From Anaeramoeba ignava BMAN (taxonomy: Eukaryota; Protista; Anaeramoebae), in contig JAPDFW010000115.1 of the NCBI GenBank assembly GCA_028826165.1, positions 118,564 through 182,563 on the forward strand: 64,000 nucleotides of DNA. The letters run 5' to 3'. Each line of letters opens with the position of its first letter. Position 1 is the first letter of the stretch. The notes under the pieces were generated by a model. That model worked only from the letters and a program-made list of their open reading frames with translations, was not told where the DNA came from and searched no databases. Below are positions 39,583 through 50,943 of this stretch, one piece after another. The translations under genes and the position numbers were made by a program.

Positions 39583-41829
39583 TTAAATTTTTGAACGTAA
39601 AAAATATTTTCTTGGTGAATAAACTGAAATTTTCTTTTTCTTTTTCTTCTTTTTAATTGGAATTTCTTTTTCTTTTTCTTTTTCTTTTTCTTTTTCTTTT
39701 GGTTTTTTTTTATTTGCTAGTTCAAATTCAACAACTTTAATTGGTTTTTTTGCATTTTTAATTGGTTTTTTTTTAGGAGATGGATTATTTGTTAGTTTGG
39801 AAGATTTTTTGATTATTTTAGGTTTTTTTTGTGGAGAATTTTGTTTTTTTAAATTTGAATTATTATTTTGATTGGTTTTTGATTTTGATTTTGATTTTGA
39901 TTTTGATTTTGATTTTGGTCTTTTAATTTTGATTTGTTCTTCATTTTGTTCAGAATCTTCACTTGAATCTATTTTTATTCTTTTTTTTGATTTTGAATTT
40001 TTTTGAATTGATTTTGATTTTGATTTTGATTTTGATTTTGATTTCTCATCAAGAATATTCATTTTGTCATTTTGTTTTTTCTTTTTTTTCTCTTTTTCTA
40101 AATTAAAGATATTAGTTAAATTTTTTCTAACTGTTCCAAGATCAAGATTTTGGTTTTGATTATCAAGTTTTTTTAACGATTTTCTATGAGAAATTCTTGC
40201 TTGAGAAAAATTCGACTTTTGAGTTTTTGGAGGTTCTTTTTTAGAAGATAAGACCTGGGCAACTTTTCGAGGCTGAGGAGTTAAAGGATGAAGCATAGAA
40301 ATCCTTTCTTTTTTTTTGTTAATATGTTTGCGCTTTTTTTCTTCACTTTTTTTCTTTTCTTTTTCATGTTCTTTCTTGAGATCTTGTTCTATAGCTGAAA
40401 GAAAATGTTGCTGGCATCCAATCACAGATCCAGGACGACAAAGACGAATGTAGCTGATAGCTTGTTTTGCAGAGAATCCATAGTTTTTAATTAGATGGGC
40501 ACCTATCAAAGTACCTGTTCTACCAAGGCCAGCTTTGCAATGAACAGCAATGATCCTCTTTTTTTGATTTTTTGAATTTTGATTTGAGTTTTCTTTTGGA
40601 TTTTCTTTTGAATTTTGAATTGAATTTTCTTTCTCATTTCTAATTTCATCTTCTTCATATTCCTGTTCGCAAATATGCAAAAAATTATGTATAATATCCC
40701 AATCAGGAAGTCCTCCATCTTGATAATAAAGATCAAAGTGTTGAAAAGATGCATTTATAAATTTTTGTTTATCATAAAGTGGAACATTTAGTCTTACAAC
40801 AGAAGTAACACCTAATTTTTGGAAAAGAGGAATATAACGTTCTGGACTCCATCCAAATTCCATAAGAAGTTTATTATCATTTTGTAAACGCTCCTCTTCA
40901 GTTTGATTTTCATTTGGATTTTGATTTGAATTTTCTTTTAGATTCTGATTTGAATTTTCATTTAAATTTTGATTTGAATTTTCATTTAAATCTTCATTTG
41001 GATTTTGATTTGAATTTTCATTTAAATCTTCATTTGAATTTTCTTTTAAATCTTCTTTTAAATCTTCATTTGAATTTTCATTTGAATTTTCTTTTAAATC
41101 TTCATTTAAATTTTCTTCATCAGTTAAATGATAAAAATCTTTATATACATTATCCATATCAACATCATCATCTCTAGGAGAACAAAATGCTAACAATTTA
41201 TTAGGAATTATCCAATTAAAATCTCCATTTTCAACTTGTTCATAAAATAAATAATCATCAATATTAAAAGTGTCAAAATCGAAAAATTTATTTTTGATCG
41301 CAAGATCAAGTCCTTCAAGAAAATCTAAAACAGTAAGTGGATAATTCGATGGTTCTGGTGATGCATCTCTAAATGGTTTTAAGGGTTCAAGTGGTTTGAG
41401 AGGTTTATAAGCTTCTTGAGGACTTTTATTTTGACAAATTAGCATAAAAGCAGATATAAGAAAACTACAATTTGCTTTTTGTTCTTCAGTATTTTTACAA
41501 TAGAAGATGATCTTCTTTTTCAAGTTTGGATTCTTAAATTCAATTAAAAAAAAAAATTAACGGAAAAGAAAAAAATTAATTTTTTTCACTTTTTGATTTT
41601 TTAATTGAATTTTTTTTTTTACATTTATTTTTTTAAGTGTAATATGACAAAAAACTGCAAGATATCCAAGATGAAATGGTCCAAAATCTTCAAAAAATGA
41701 AAGATATTCGAAAATTGGATCTATTGTAAAATAATGATGTTTCATTTTTTCTGGTTTAATTTTTTTATTTGTTGGACAAAAATAAAGTTTATTTTTAATA
41801 AATTCAACAACTTTTAATCTTGAATTCAT
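39583..41829 (-). CDS. CDC14: CDC14 dual-specificity phosphatase
   Basis: Exons 41829-41623 and 41532-39583. Motifs FFEDFGPFHLG, PFRDAS, YEQVENGDFNWIIPNK, catalytic HCKAGLGRTG, RPGSVIG.QQ; long Lys-rich tail. Confidence 0.96.
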
Positions 41830-42109
41830 TTTTTATTTTTATTTTATTTTTATTTAAAAAAGAAAAAAAGAAAAGTGAAAAAAAAATAATTTTTATATTT
41901 TTTCCAAAAGAATTTTAAATTGATTTTTTTCAAGTGTCCGTTATTTTTTTATTTTTTATTTAAATTTTTCTTCTTTTTTTTTTATTTTTCCTCTTTTTTT
42001 CTTTTTTTATTTTATTAATTTAAGAATTCCACTTTTATTTTTTTCATTTTTTTTTTTCATTTTTCTTCTTTTATTCTTTTATTCTTTTATTCTTTTAAAA
42101 ACAATAAAA

Positions 42110-45100
42110 ATGTCAGATGAATTAAATCCAAAAAAATATTTAAAGAAAATGAATCAAAAACTTCAAGCGGATCTTCAAAAAAAAATTCAAGAAGTTGAAA
42201 GATTACAATCAATTTTGAATACAAAACCTCCAACAAATTTCCAACTTTTTGAAAGACAAACAATAAAATTATTAGAAGGAATAATAACAAAAAAAGACTA
42301 TCATAAAAAACGTAAAAATTTAAATTAAAAAAAAAAGGAAAAAAAGGAAAAAAGCAAAAAATTCTTTTAAAAATTAAAATTAAAATTAAAATTTATATTA
42401 AAATTTGTTTTGTTTTTAGACAATATTACTATTTCTGATATTGCTCAATTTATGTCAAGCTTTCCAAATAATTATTTAATTCAAATCGATTCTTGTTTTG
42501 TTTTACAGAAACTTGCTATTGAATCTGAAAGTAAGTTTCATTTTAAATCTTTTTTTTTATTTTTAATTTAATTTATTTAATTTTTTAATTTATTTAAAAA
42601 AGAGAACCAAAATGAAGTTTTAAATTCTAAAGCTATTGGTTTAATTATTAAAGCAATGAATAATTTTCCTAATAATGAACAAGTTCAATTTATTTGTTGT
42701 GGAGCTTTAAGGAATATTGCAATTAGTTATTGTAAAATTAAAATTAAAATTCATTTATAGAATTAAAATTAAAATTAAAATTAAAATTAAAATTAAAATT
42801 AAAATTAAAATTCATTTATAAAATTAAATTTAAATTTAAAATTAAAAAGCCAATAAGATTGAAATTAGAAATGTAGAAGGAATTCAAGCAATTATGAAAG
42901 CAATGACTAATTTTTCAACAAATGAAATGATACAATCTATGGCATGCTCAGCTTTAATGATGATTTCTTTTGATAATGGTAATTTAATTTAATTTAAATT
43001 AAATTAAATTAAATCAAATGAAAAAAAGGAATTAATTTTTTTTGGAAAATTTGAAATTAGAAAATAAGACTCAAATTCGAGATTTAGAAGCAATTGAATT
43101 AATAATAAGATCAATTCAAAACTTCCCAAAAAGTCAACAAATCCAAAAAAATGCATGTGGTTGTTTAATGAATCTTTCTTTTGAGGCTTGTAAAAATAAA
43201 AATTTGAAAATTAAAAAAAAATTGTTTTGATTTATTGTTAATATTTAATTTAGCTTGTCATCAAATTATTCGAGAATTATCAGGAATTGAATTGGTAATT
43301 CAATCAATGAATAATTTTCCAAATGTTCAATCAATTCAAAATGAAGGATGTAATATTTTATGCAATATGATTTTTAACAATGGTAATTAATACCAAAAAA
43401 TAATATTTAAATAGAAAATCAAAAAATATTATTTAAAAACCAAAAAATATTATTTAAATAGAAAATCAAAAAATATTATTTAAATAGAAAACCAAAAAAT
43501 ATTATTTAAAAATCAAAAAATAATATTTAAAAATCAAAAAATATTATTTAAAAATCAAAAAATAATATTTAAAAATCAAAAAATATTATTTAAAAATCAA
43601 AAAATAATATTTAAAAATCAAAAAATATTATTTAAAAATCAAAAAATAATATTTAAAAATCAAAAAATATTATTTAAAAATCAAAAAATATTATTTAAAA
43701 ATCAAAAAATAATATTTAAAAATCAAAAAATATTATTTAAAAATCAAAAAATAATATTTAAAAATCAAAAAATATTATTTAAAAATCAAAAAATATTATT
43801 TAAAAATCAAAAATATTATTTAAAAATCAAAAATATTATTTAAAAATCAAAAATATTATTTAAAAATCAAAAATATTATTTAAAAATCAAAAATATTATT
43901 TAAAAATCAAAAATATTATTTAAAAATCAAAAATATTATTTAAAAACCAAAAATAATATTTAAAAATCAAAAATAATATTTAAATAGAAAATCAAAAATA
44001 TTATTTAAATAGAAAATCAAAAATATTATTTAAAAATCAAAAATATTATTTAAAAATCAAAAATATTATTTAAATAGAAAATCAAAAATATTATTTAAAT
44101 AGAAAATCAAAAAATATTATTTAAAAACCAAAAATATTATTTAAAAATCAAAAATAATATTTAAAAATCAAAAATATTATTTAAAAAGAAAATCAAAAAT
44201 AATATTTAAAAATCAAAAATAATATTTAAAAATCAAAAATATTATTTAAAAACCAAAAATATTATTTAAAAATCAAAAAATAATATTTAAAAATCAAAAA
44301 ATAATATTTAAAAATCAAAAAATATTATTTAAAAACCAAAAAATAATATTTAAAAATCAAAAAATATTATTTAAAAATCAAAAAATAATATTTAAAAATC
44401 AAAAAATATTATTTAAAAAGAAAATCAAAAAATAATATTTAAAAATCAAAAAATATTATTTAAAAATCAAAAAATATTATTTAAAAATCAAAAAATAATA
44501 TTTAAAAATCAAAAAATATTATTTAAATAGAAAACCAAATGGAGTTTATCCAATCAGGAAGAATGAATCCAATTCTTAATGCAATGAAGAATTTTCCTAA
44601 AAATGAAGATCTTCAATGGAAAGCATGTGGAATTTTATCAATGACTTCTCAAATAAGAGGTAATTAAAAAAGAATAACAAAAAAAAAATAATTACAAGAA
44701 AACATCAATTTTTACAAATATAATCTATTATTAGGAATCCAACAAGAAATTGTTGATGGAAAAGGAATTGAATTAATTATTAATGCAATGAAAAATTTCC
44801 CTAAAAACGAAGATCTTCAATGGAAAGGATTTTCATCTTTTGGGAATTTCCTTTCAAATTCTGGTAAAAAAATATAAAAAATATAAATATAAAAATATAA
44901 TTAAAAATATAAAATATAAAATATATTAGGAAATCAAAACCAAATGGTGCAATTAGGAGCAATTCAAATACTTATTGATACAATGAAAAATTTTCCAACA
45001 AACTTAACTATCAATACACAAGGTTCTGGAACTTTATTTCATTTTGCTATGAAACAAGGTATTTTAAATCAGAATATTTCATTTAAGAATAAAATTTTTT

Positions 45101-45449
45101 TGATTTAATTGAAAATGATTGAATTTAGAAAACCGAAAAATAATTGTTGAATCTGGAGGAATTGAAATGACAATCCAATTATTAATGAATTTCTCAATGG
45201 ATCAAAATATTCAAGTTGCAGGATGCACAATTTTATATAATCTCTCTTGTGTTCCAGGTAAATTTATATTTAACATTTAAAAAATTCAAAAATTCAAAAA
45301 TTCAAAAATTCAAAAATTAAAAATTAGAATACAAAGTAAAAATTCAACAATTAAATGGAATTCAAGTTATTCAAACAGTTATAAACAATTTCTCAAATAA
45401 TCCTTACATTAAATCAACAGCTATGAATACATTAAATAATATTCGTTGA
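42110..45449 (+). CDS. Armadillo-repeat protein (aardvark-like), 11 exons
   Basis: Exons 42110-42311, 42420-42530, 42603-42731, 42850-42978, 43061-43189, 43254-43382, 44531-44659, 44735-44863, 44930-45058, 45129-45257, 45328-45449. Each repeat reads N...I....GI..I..AM.NFP.N..IQ..AC..L.N. Confidence 0.92.
43385..44528. repeat. Intronic ~21-26-bp tandem repeat (AAAATCAAAAAATATTATTTA) related to the intron's own 3' splice site
   Basis: Directly visible; several units contain TTTAAATAGAAAA(C/T)CAAA, the same sequence as the real acceptor junction at 44522-44539. Confidence 0.93.
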
Positions 45450-45734
45450 AGCAATCACTTCCGAAAATTTCCAAATTTCATTTATCATTTCAAATATCGA
45501 AATGATTTTTCTTTTTCTTTTTCTTTTTTTTCTCTTTTTTCATATTCTTTTTCAAAACAACAGCTAATTAAAACAAATCAAAACAAATCAAAATCAAAAT
45601 CAAAATCAAAATCAAAATCAAAACCAAATTTTTTCTTATTTATTTTTGATTGGTTTTGGATTTTAAAATTGAAATTGAAATTGAAATTAAAATTGAAATT
45701 GAATTTAAATTTGAATTTGAAATTGAATTTGAAA

Positions 45735-48700
45735 TTAAATATCTAAATCAAGTTCAAGTTCTTGTGCTTCTTTGATTTTTTTTCTTGGATTTTTGGATTT
45801 GTTTCTTTTTTTCTTCTTATATAGAATAACTCCAATAATAATTGCTGAAATAACAAGAATAGGAATAACTACTCCAAGTGCTATTGCTGTTGTGTTTGTT
45901 GAATTATCACTTGCTTGATTTGGAGATGATATTGTAATTGATGTTGTTGAATTAATTCCTGAATATTCATTAAATGAACAATTTAAATCAGCTGATGAAT
46001 AAATTGAAATTTCATAATATTCTCCTCCTTGTAATCCTGTAACTGAATAATCTGTTGTTAAATTTGTTAAACAAATTGAAGTTGAATTATAATTGAATGA
46101 ATATGCTTTTAATCCACTTGATAAAATTAATGAATTCCAACTACACTCAAATCCATTAATTAATGAATTACAATTTAATGAAGTAATATTTCCTAATTTA
46201 GCTCTTGTTGGATTAATTGAACTAGGTAATCCTAAACATGGTGTTTCACAATTCAAATCTGAACATCCTCGAATTGAAATATTATATTCAATATTTCCTG
46301 ATATTCCACTTATAGTTCCAATAGCTTCATTTCCACTTAAATCAAGAGATGTAAACTTTTGCCAATTTGTTCCATTATCAAGTGAAATTGAATAATTATT
46401 TGCATTTGTTAATTTTGTGAAATTAAATTCAATTTCTTCAATTTTAGAAATTGTTTCATAAATTGTTGGAGCAGGTAAAATATCAGTTGTAATTGATGTT
46501 GTTGAATTAATTCCTGAATATTCATTAAATGAACAATTTAAATCAGCTGATGAATAAATTGAAATTTCATAATATTCTTCTCCTTGTAACCCTGTGACTG
46601 AATAATCTGTTGTTAAATTTGTTAAACAAATTGAAGTTGAATTATAATTGAATGAATATGCTTTTAATCCACTTGATAAAATTAATGAATCCCAACTACA
46701 TTCAAATCCATTAATTAATGAAGAACAATTTAATGAAGTAATATTTCCTAATTTAGCTCTTGCTGGATTAATTGAACTAGGTAATCCTAAACATGGTGTT
46801 TCACAATTTAAATCTGAACATCCTCGAATTGAAATATTATATTCAATATTTCCTGATATCCCACTTATGATTCCAATAACTTCATTTCCACTTAAATCAA
46901 GAGATGTAAACTTTTGCCAATTTGTTCCATTATCAAGTGAAATTGAATAATTATTAGCATTTGTTAATTTTGTGAAATTAAATTCAATTTCTTCAATTTT
47001 AGAAATTGTTTCATAAATTGTTGGAGCTGGTAAAATATCAGTTGTAATTGATGTTGTTGAATTAATTCCTGAATATTCATTAAATGAACAATTTAAATCA
47101 GCTGATGAATAAATTGAAATTTCATAATATTCTTCTCCTTGTAACCCTGTAACTGAATAATCTGTTGTTAAATTTGTTAAACAAATTGAAGTTGAATTAT
47201 AATTGAATGAATATGCTTTTAATCCACTTGATAAAATTAATGAATCCCAACTACATTCAAATCCATTAATTAATGAAGAACAATTTAATGAAGTAATATT
47301 TCCTAATTTAGCTCTTGTTGGATTAATTGAACTAGGTAATCCTAAATATGGTGTTTCACAATTTAAATCAACACATCCTCGAATTGAAATATTATATTCA
47401 ATATTTCCTGATATTCCACTTATGATTCCAATAGCTTCATTTCCACTTAAATCAAGAGATGTAAACTTTTGCCAATTTGTTCCATTATCAAGTGAAATTG
47501 AATAATTATTTGCATTTGTTAATTTTGTGAAATTAAATTCAATTTCTTCAATTTTGGAAATTGTTTCATAAATTGTTGGAGCTGTTAAATTATCAGTTGT
47601 AACTGAAATTGTTGAAATATATCCACATTTATCATTTGAATCACATGCCGATACATTGATTTGATATTCTTGATTTGGGAATTGAGCTGTGAATTGTTGA
47701 TTTGTTGATGTTGGTTGATAATTTCCAGAATCATTTTGAGAAATTGATTGATAAGTAAAATTATAATAAGATGGAATTGAACAATTAATTGGTTGATTCC
47801 AATTACAATTAATATCTATTGTATTTGAAATTGAACATGTTAAACTTGTAACTTCTCCAAATATTAATGAAATTGATGATTCAACAATTTCTCCTTTATC
47901 ATCTCCTTCACATTCATGTGTTCTACATCCACAAATTGAAATATTATAATCATTCCCACATTCTAAATTATTCAAAAGATAATCAAGTGAAGAATTATCA
48001 ACTGAAATGAAAGATATTAAATCAGGTTGAGATTGAGTGAGATAAGAAAGATTATAATGATCAAGATGAGCAATTCCTCCATTGATCTGAACATTTGGAT
48101 AATTCCAAGTAACATTAATTGAATAATTTGAAGGATTTGATAATTGGAAATCATTTACAGAATCAATTTTTGTTGTTAAATTAACAAAAGAAGAAGGTTC
48201 ACCACATATCATTGTTGCATTACCACAAGCTTTGATTTGAATTGGATAATATTCATTTCCTGTAATATTATCATAAGTTGAAGAATTAAATTGTTGATAA
48301 TAAACATTCCCATCTTCAAGAATTGGAGAATCAATATCAATCCAATCATATCCATAATTGATTTGATAAATCAAATTTGGAATTTGAATTTCATCCCAAT
48401 AACAATCAAATGATGAAAACAAAGATGAGCAATTAACAATATTAACTTGAGGAATTAAAAAAGCTTCATAAACAAATGCTTTATTAGTCCACTGCGTTCC
48501 AACAACAGTAAAATTCCCATAAATTGAAACAGAAATTCCAAAATCTGAAGATGATTGAGTTAAATTTTGTTCTTCATTCCAAATTGTTCCATTATATCTG
48601 TAAACAAATGCTTGTTTTGTATCATAAGCACCAACACCAATAACATCTCCATAAACTGAAACACTCCATCCAAAACTTGAAGATGAAGGTCCAGTTAAAA

Positions 48701-49544
48701 TTTGTTCTTCATTCCAATTTGCTTCATTATATCTGTAAATAAATGCTTGTTCTCCAGAATCAGCACCAACAACAAGAACATCTCCATCAACTGAAACGCT
48801 TATTCCAAAATCTGACCATCCAGGTCCACTTAAAACTTGTTCTTGATTCCAAATTGATCCATCGTATCTGTAAATATATGCTTGATCTGAACCAGAAGCT
48901 CCAACAACAGTGACATTATCATAAACCGAAACACTTATTCCAAAACTGAAAACTGAACCTTCGTTGATATTTTGATCAAGATTCCAATCTGTCCCATTAT
49001 ATCTGTAAATGAATACTTGTCTTCCTTCATCAGTCCCAATAGCAGTAACATTCCCATGAATTGAAACACTCCATCCAAAATTTGTAATCACTTCATTGAG
49101 AAATTTTTCTTCGTTCCAATATGTTCCATTATATCTGTAAATAAATACTTGATTTGCATAATACGCTCCAATAACAGTAACATTTTCATAAACTGAAACA
49201 CTTATTCCAAAGCCTGTATCCGTGGGTGTGGAGAAATTTTGTTCAAGATTAAAATTTGTTCCATTATATCTGTAAATAAATGCTTGATTTTCATGATCAT
49301 CTCCTACAACAAGAACATCTTTATAAACTGAAACAGAAGATCCAAAATATGGTGGACCTATGATTGTATCAAATAAACTCCAAAACCAAGCTTCATCTGG
49401 AGTAGAATAATATCTTGTTGTTCCTGTTAATCTTTCTGTTTCTATTGATGAAATTACTGATGAAATTGTTTTTTGATCAGTTTGAATTGATTGAATTAAG
49501 AAAATATTAAGAATTAAGAAAAAAAAGAAAAGAATTGATTTCAT
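45735..49544 (-). CDS. Type I surface receptor, copy A: signal peptide, 7 FG-GAP-like propeller blades, FN3-like stalk with 3 x 185-aa repeats, TM, short basic tail
   Basis: Intronless 1269-aa ORF. Seven FG.SVS....V.V.G...Q.FIYRYNG..W..EQ units; FN3-like motifs (W..P...G..HY.LSY, Y.ISI); 555-nt triple repeat; TM AIALGVVIPILVISAIIIGVILY followed by KKKKR. Confidence 0.9.
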   Translation of the reverse strand: MKSILFFFFLILNIFLIQSIQTDQKTISSVISSIETERLTGTTRYYSTPDEAWFWSLFDTIIGPPYFGSSVSVYKDVLVVGDDHENQAFIYRYNGTNFNLEQNFSTPTDTGFGISVSVYENVTVIGAYYANQVFIYRYNGTYWNEEKFLNEVITNFGWSVSIHGNVTAIGTDEGRQVFIYRYNGTDWNLDQNINEGSVFSFGISVSVYDNVTVVGASGSDQAYIYRYDGSIWNQEQVLSGPGWSDFGISVSVDGDVLVVGADSGEQAFIYRYNEANWNEEQILTGPSSSSFGWSVSVYGDVIGVGAYDTKQAFVYRYNGTIWNEEQNLTQSSSDFGISVSIYGNFTVVGTQWTNKAFVYEAFLIPQVNIVNCSSLFSSFDCYWDEIQIPNLIYQINYGYDWIDIDSPILEDGNVYYQQFNSSTYDNITGNEYYPIQIKACGNATMICGEPSSFVNLTTKIDSVNDFQLSNPSNYSINVTWNYPNVQINGGIAHLDHYNLSYLTQSQPDLISFISVDNSSLDYLLNNLECGNDYNISICGCRTHECEGDDKGEIVESSISLIFGEVTSLTCSISNTIDINCNWNQPINCSIPSYYNFTYQSISQNDSGNYQPTSTNQQFTAQFPNQEYQINVSACDSNDKCGYISTISVTTDNLTAPTIYETISKIEEIEFNFTKLTNANNYSISLDNGTNWQKFTSLDLSGNEAIGIISGISGNIEYNISIRGCVDLNCETPYLGLPSSINPTRAKLGNITSLNCSSLINGFECSWDSLILSSGLKAYSFNYNSTSICLTNLTTDYSVTGLQGEEYYEISIYSSADLNCSFNEYSGINSTTSITTDILPAPTIYETISKIEEIEFNFTKLTNANNYSISLDNGTNWQKFTSLDLSGNEVIGIISGISGNIEYNISIRGCSDLNCETPCLGLPSSINPARAKLGNITSLNCSSLINGFECSWDSLILSSGLKAYSFNYNSTSICLTNLTTDYSVTGLQGEEYYEISIYSSADLNCSFNEYSGINSTTSITTDILPAPTIYETISKIEEIEFNFTKLTNANNYSISLDNGTNWQKFTSLDLSGNEAIGTISGISGNIEYNISIRGCSDLNCETPCLGLPSSINPTRAKLGNITSLNCNSLINGFECSWNSLILSSGLKAYSFNYNSTSICLTNLTTDYSVTGLQGGEYYEISIYSSADLNCSFNEYSGINSTTSITISSPNQASDNSTNTTAIALGVVIPILVISAIIIGVILYKKKKRNKSKNPRKKIKEAQELELDLDI
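45925..47600. repeat. Three tandem 555-bp coding repeats in copy A (mirrored at ~51135-52810 in copy B)
   Basis: The antisense shadow ORFs recur every 555 bp (46093/46648/47203; 51302/51857). Confidence 0.93.
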
Positions 49545-50100
49545 TGTTTTGTTTTTATTGTTTTTTTCCTATTTGTTTTTTTTTTTGATTAAAAAAGGAA
49601 TTAGATTTAATATAATTATTATTGTTTCTTCTTTTTTGAGTTTTTTTTTTTAAAGTAAATTAGATTTTTTTTTCTTACTTTTTTAATTGAAAAAAAAAAC
49701 ACTCGTATTAAATGAAAATAGAAAATGAAAAAGAAAAATGATCGATTCTTTTATTTTTTAATTTAAAAAAAAAATTTTTTTTTTCTTTTTATTCCTTTTT
49801 TTTTTAATTTAAAAATAATAATTAAAATGAAAATAAAAATAAAAATAAAATAGGGGATCTAATTTATTAAAGAAAAAATTAATTATTTCTTTTTTGCTAT
49901 TTTGGAAATAAACAATTTAAATTTAATTTTAAAAACAGATCTTATTTATTAATTAAAATGAAAAGCTTTTTTTTTTGGTTCAAATCTTCAAAAGATCAAA
50001 TTTAAATTTAAATTTAAAAAATAAAATTTCAGTTATTAATTAAATTAAAAACAGATCTTATTTATTAATTAAAAAAAAAATTTTAATTTTGATTTTGATT

Positions 50101-50709
50101 TTAATTATTAAATTTATTAATTAATAAATCAAATAAATTTGGATTTGTTTGATTTAATTGAAAATAATCAATTCCAATTTTAATTTCATCAATAATTTCT
50201 TGTGTAATTTGAATTTCATTTTTAATTTGATTTGAATAAATCCAATATTCAAATATTTGAAATGATTTATTACTTAATTCACTATAATCTGTAACTTTAT
50301 TAGAAGTATCATTTGTTACAGATAAAAACATTCCTCGATATAATTCATTTCTCATTATTAATATTAATTTAGGAAATTTATATTGTTTTTCTTTTCTTTC
50401 AATAATAAAATCTTTTTCATTTTCATTTTCATTTAAATAAATTCTTTTAATTGTTTCTTCAATTTTTTCATTTGAATTTATAATTTCTTTAATTTCAGAA
50501 TATAACTTTAGATTTATTTTGGAATTATTTGAATAAATCATTTCAAATATTTGATTTGATTCTTTAATTGATTTTTTTGAAATAATTTCTTGAAGTTTTT
50601 CAATTTGATTTTGATTTTGATTTAATCTATATTTCAATATTAATTTATGAGTTTCAATTATTTCTCCATTTTCGGTTTTAAATGAAATATTACAAAATTC
50701 TTTTCTTCC
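50101..50709 (-). pseudogene. 5'-truncated duplicate (BTB half only) of the RCC1-BTB gene
   Basis: Near-identical to 55242-55849 but starts abruptly at ...RKEFCNISFK with no upstream ATG or RCC1 region; the frame is still open to the stop. Confidence 0.8.
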
Positions 50710-50943
50710 AAGAAAAAAAAAATGAAAAAGAAAAAATGTTTGAAATTGATTTTTGTTTTTGGAATTTTGAAAAAAAAAAAGGGAAAAAAAAGGAATGAAA
50801 GAAAAAAGAAGGAAATTGAATTTGATTTAGATTTTGAAATTGAAATTGAATTTAAATTTTGAAATTGAAATTAAAATTGGAATTGAAATCAAAATTTAAA
50901 TTTGAATTTAAATTTGAATTTTGAATTTAAATTTGAATTTGAA

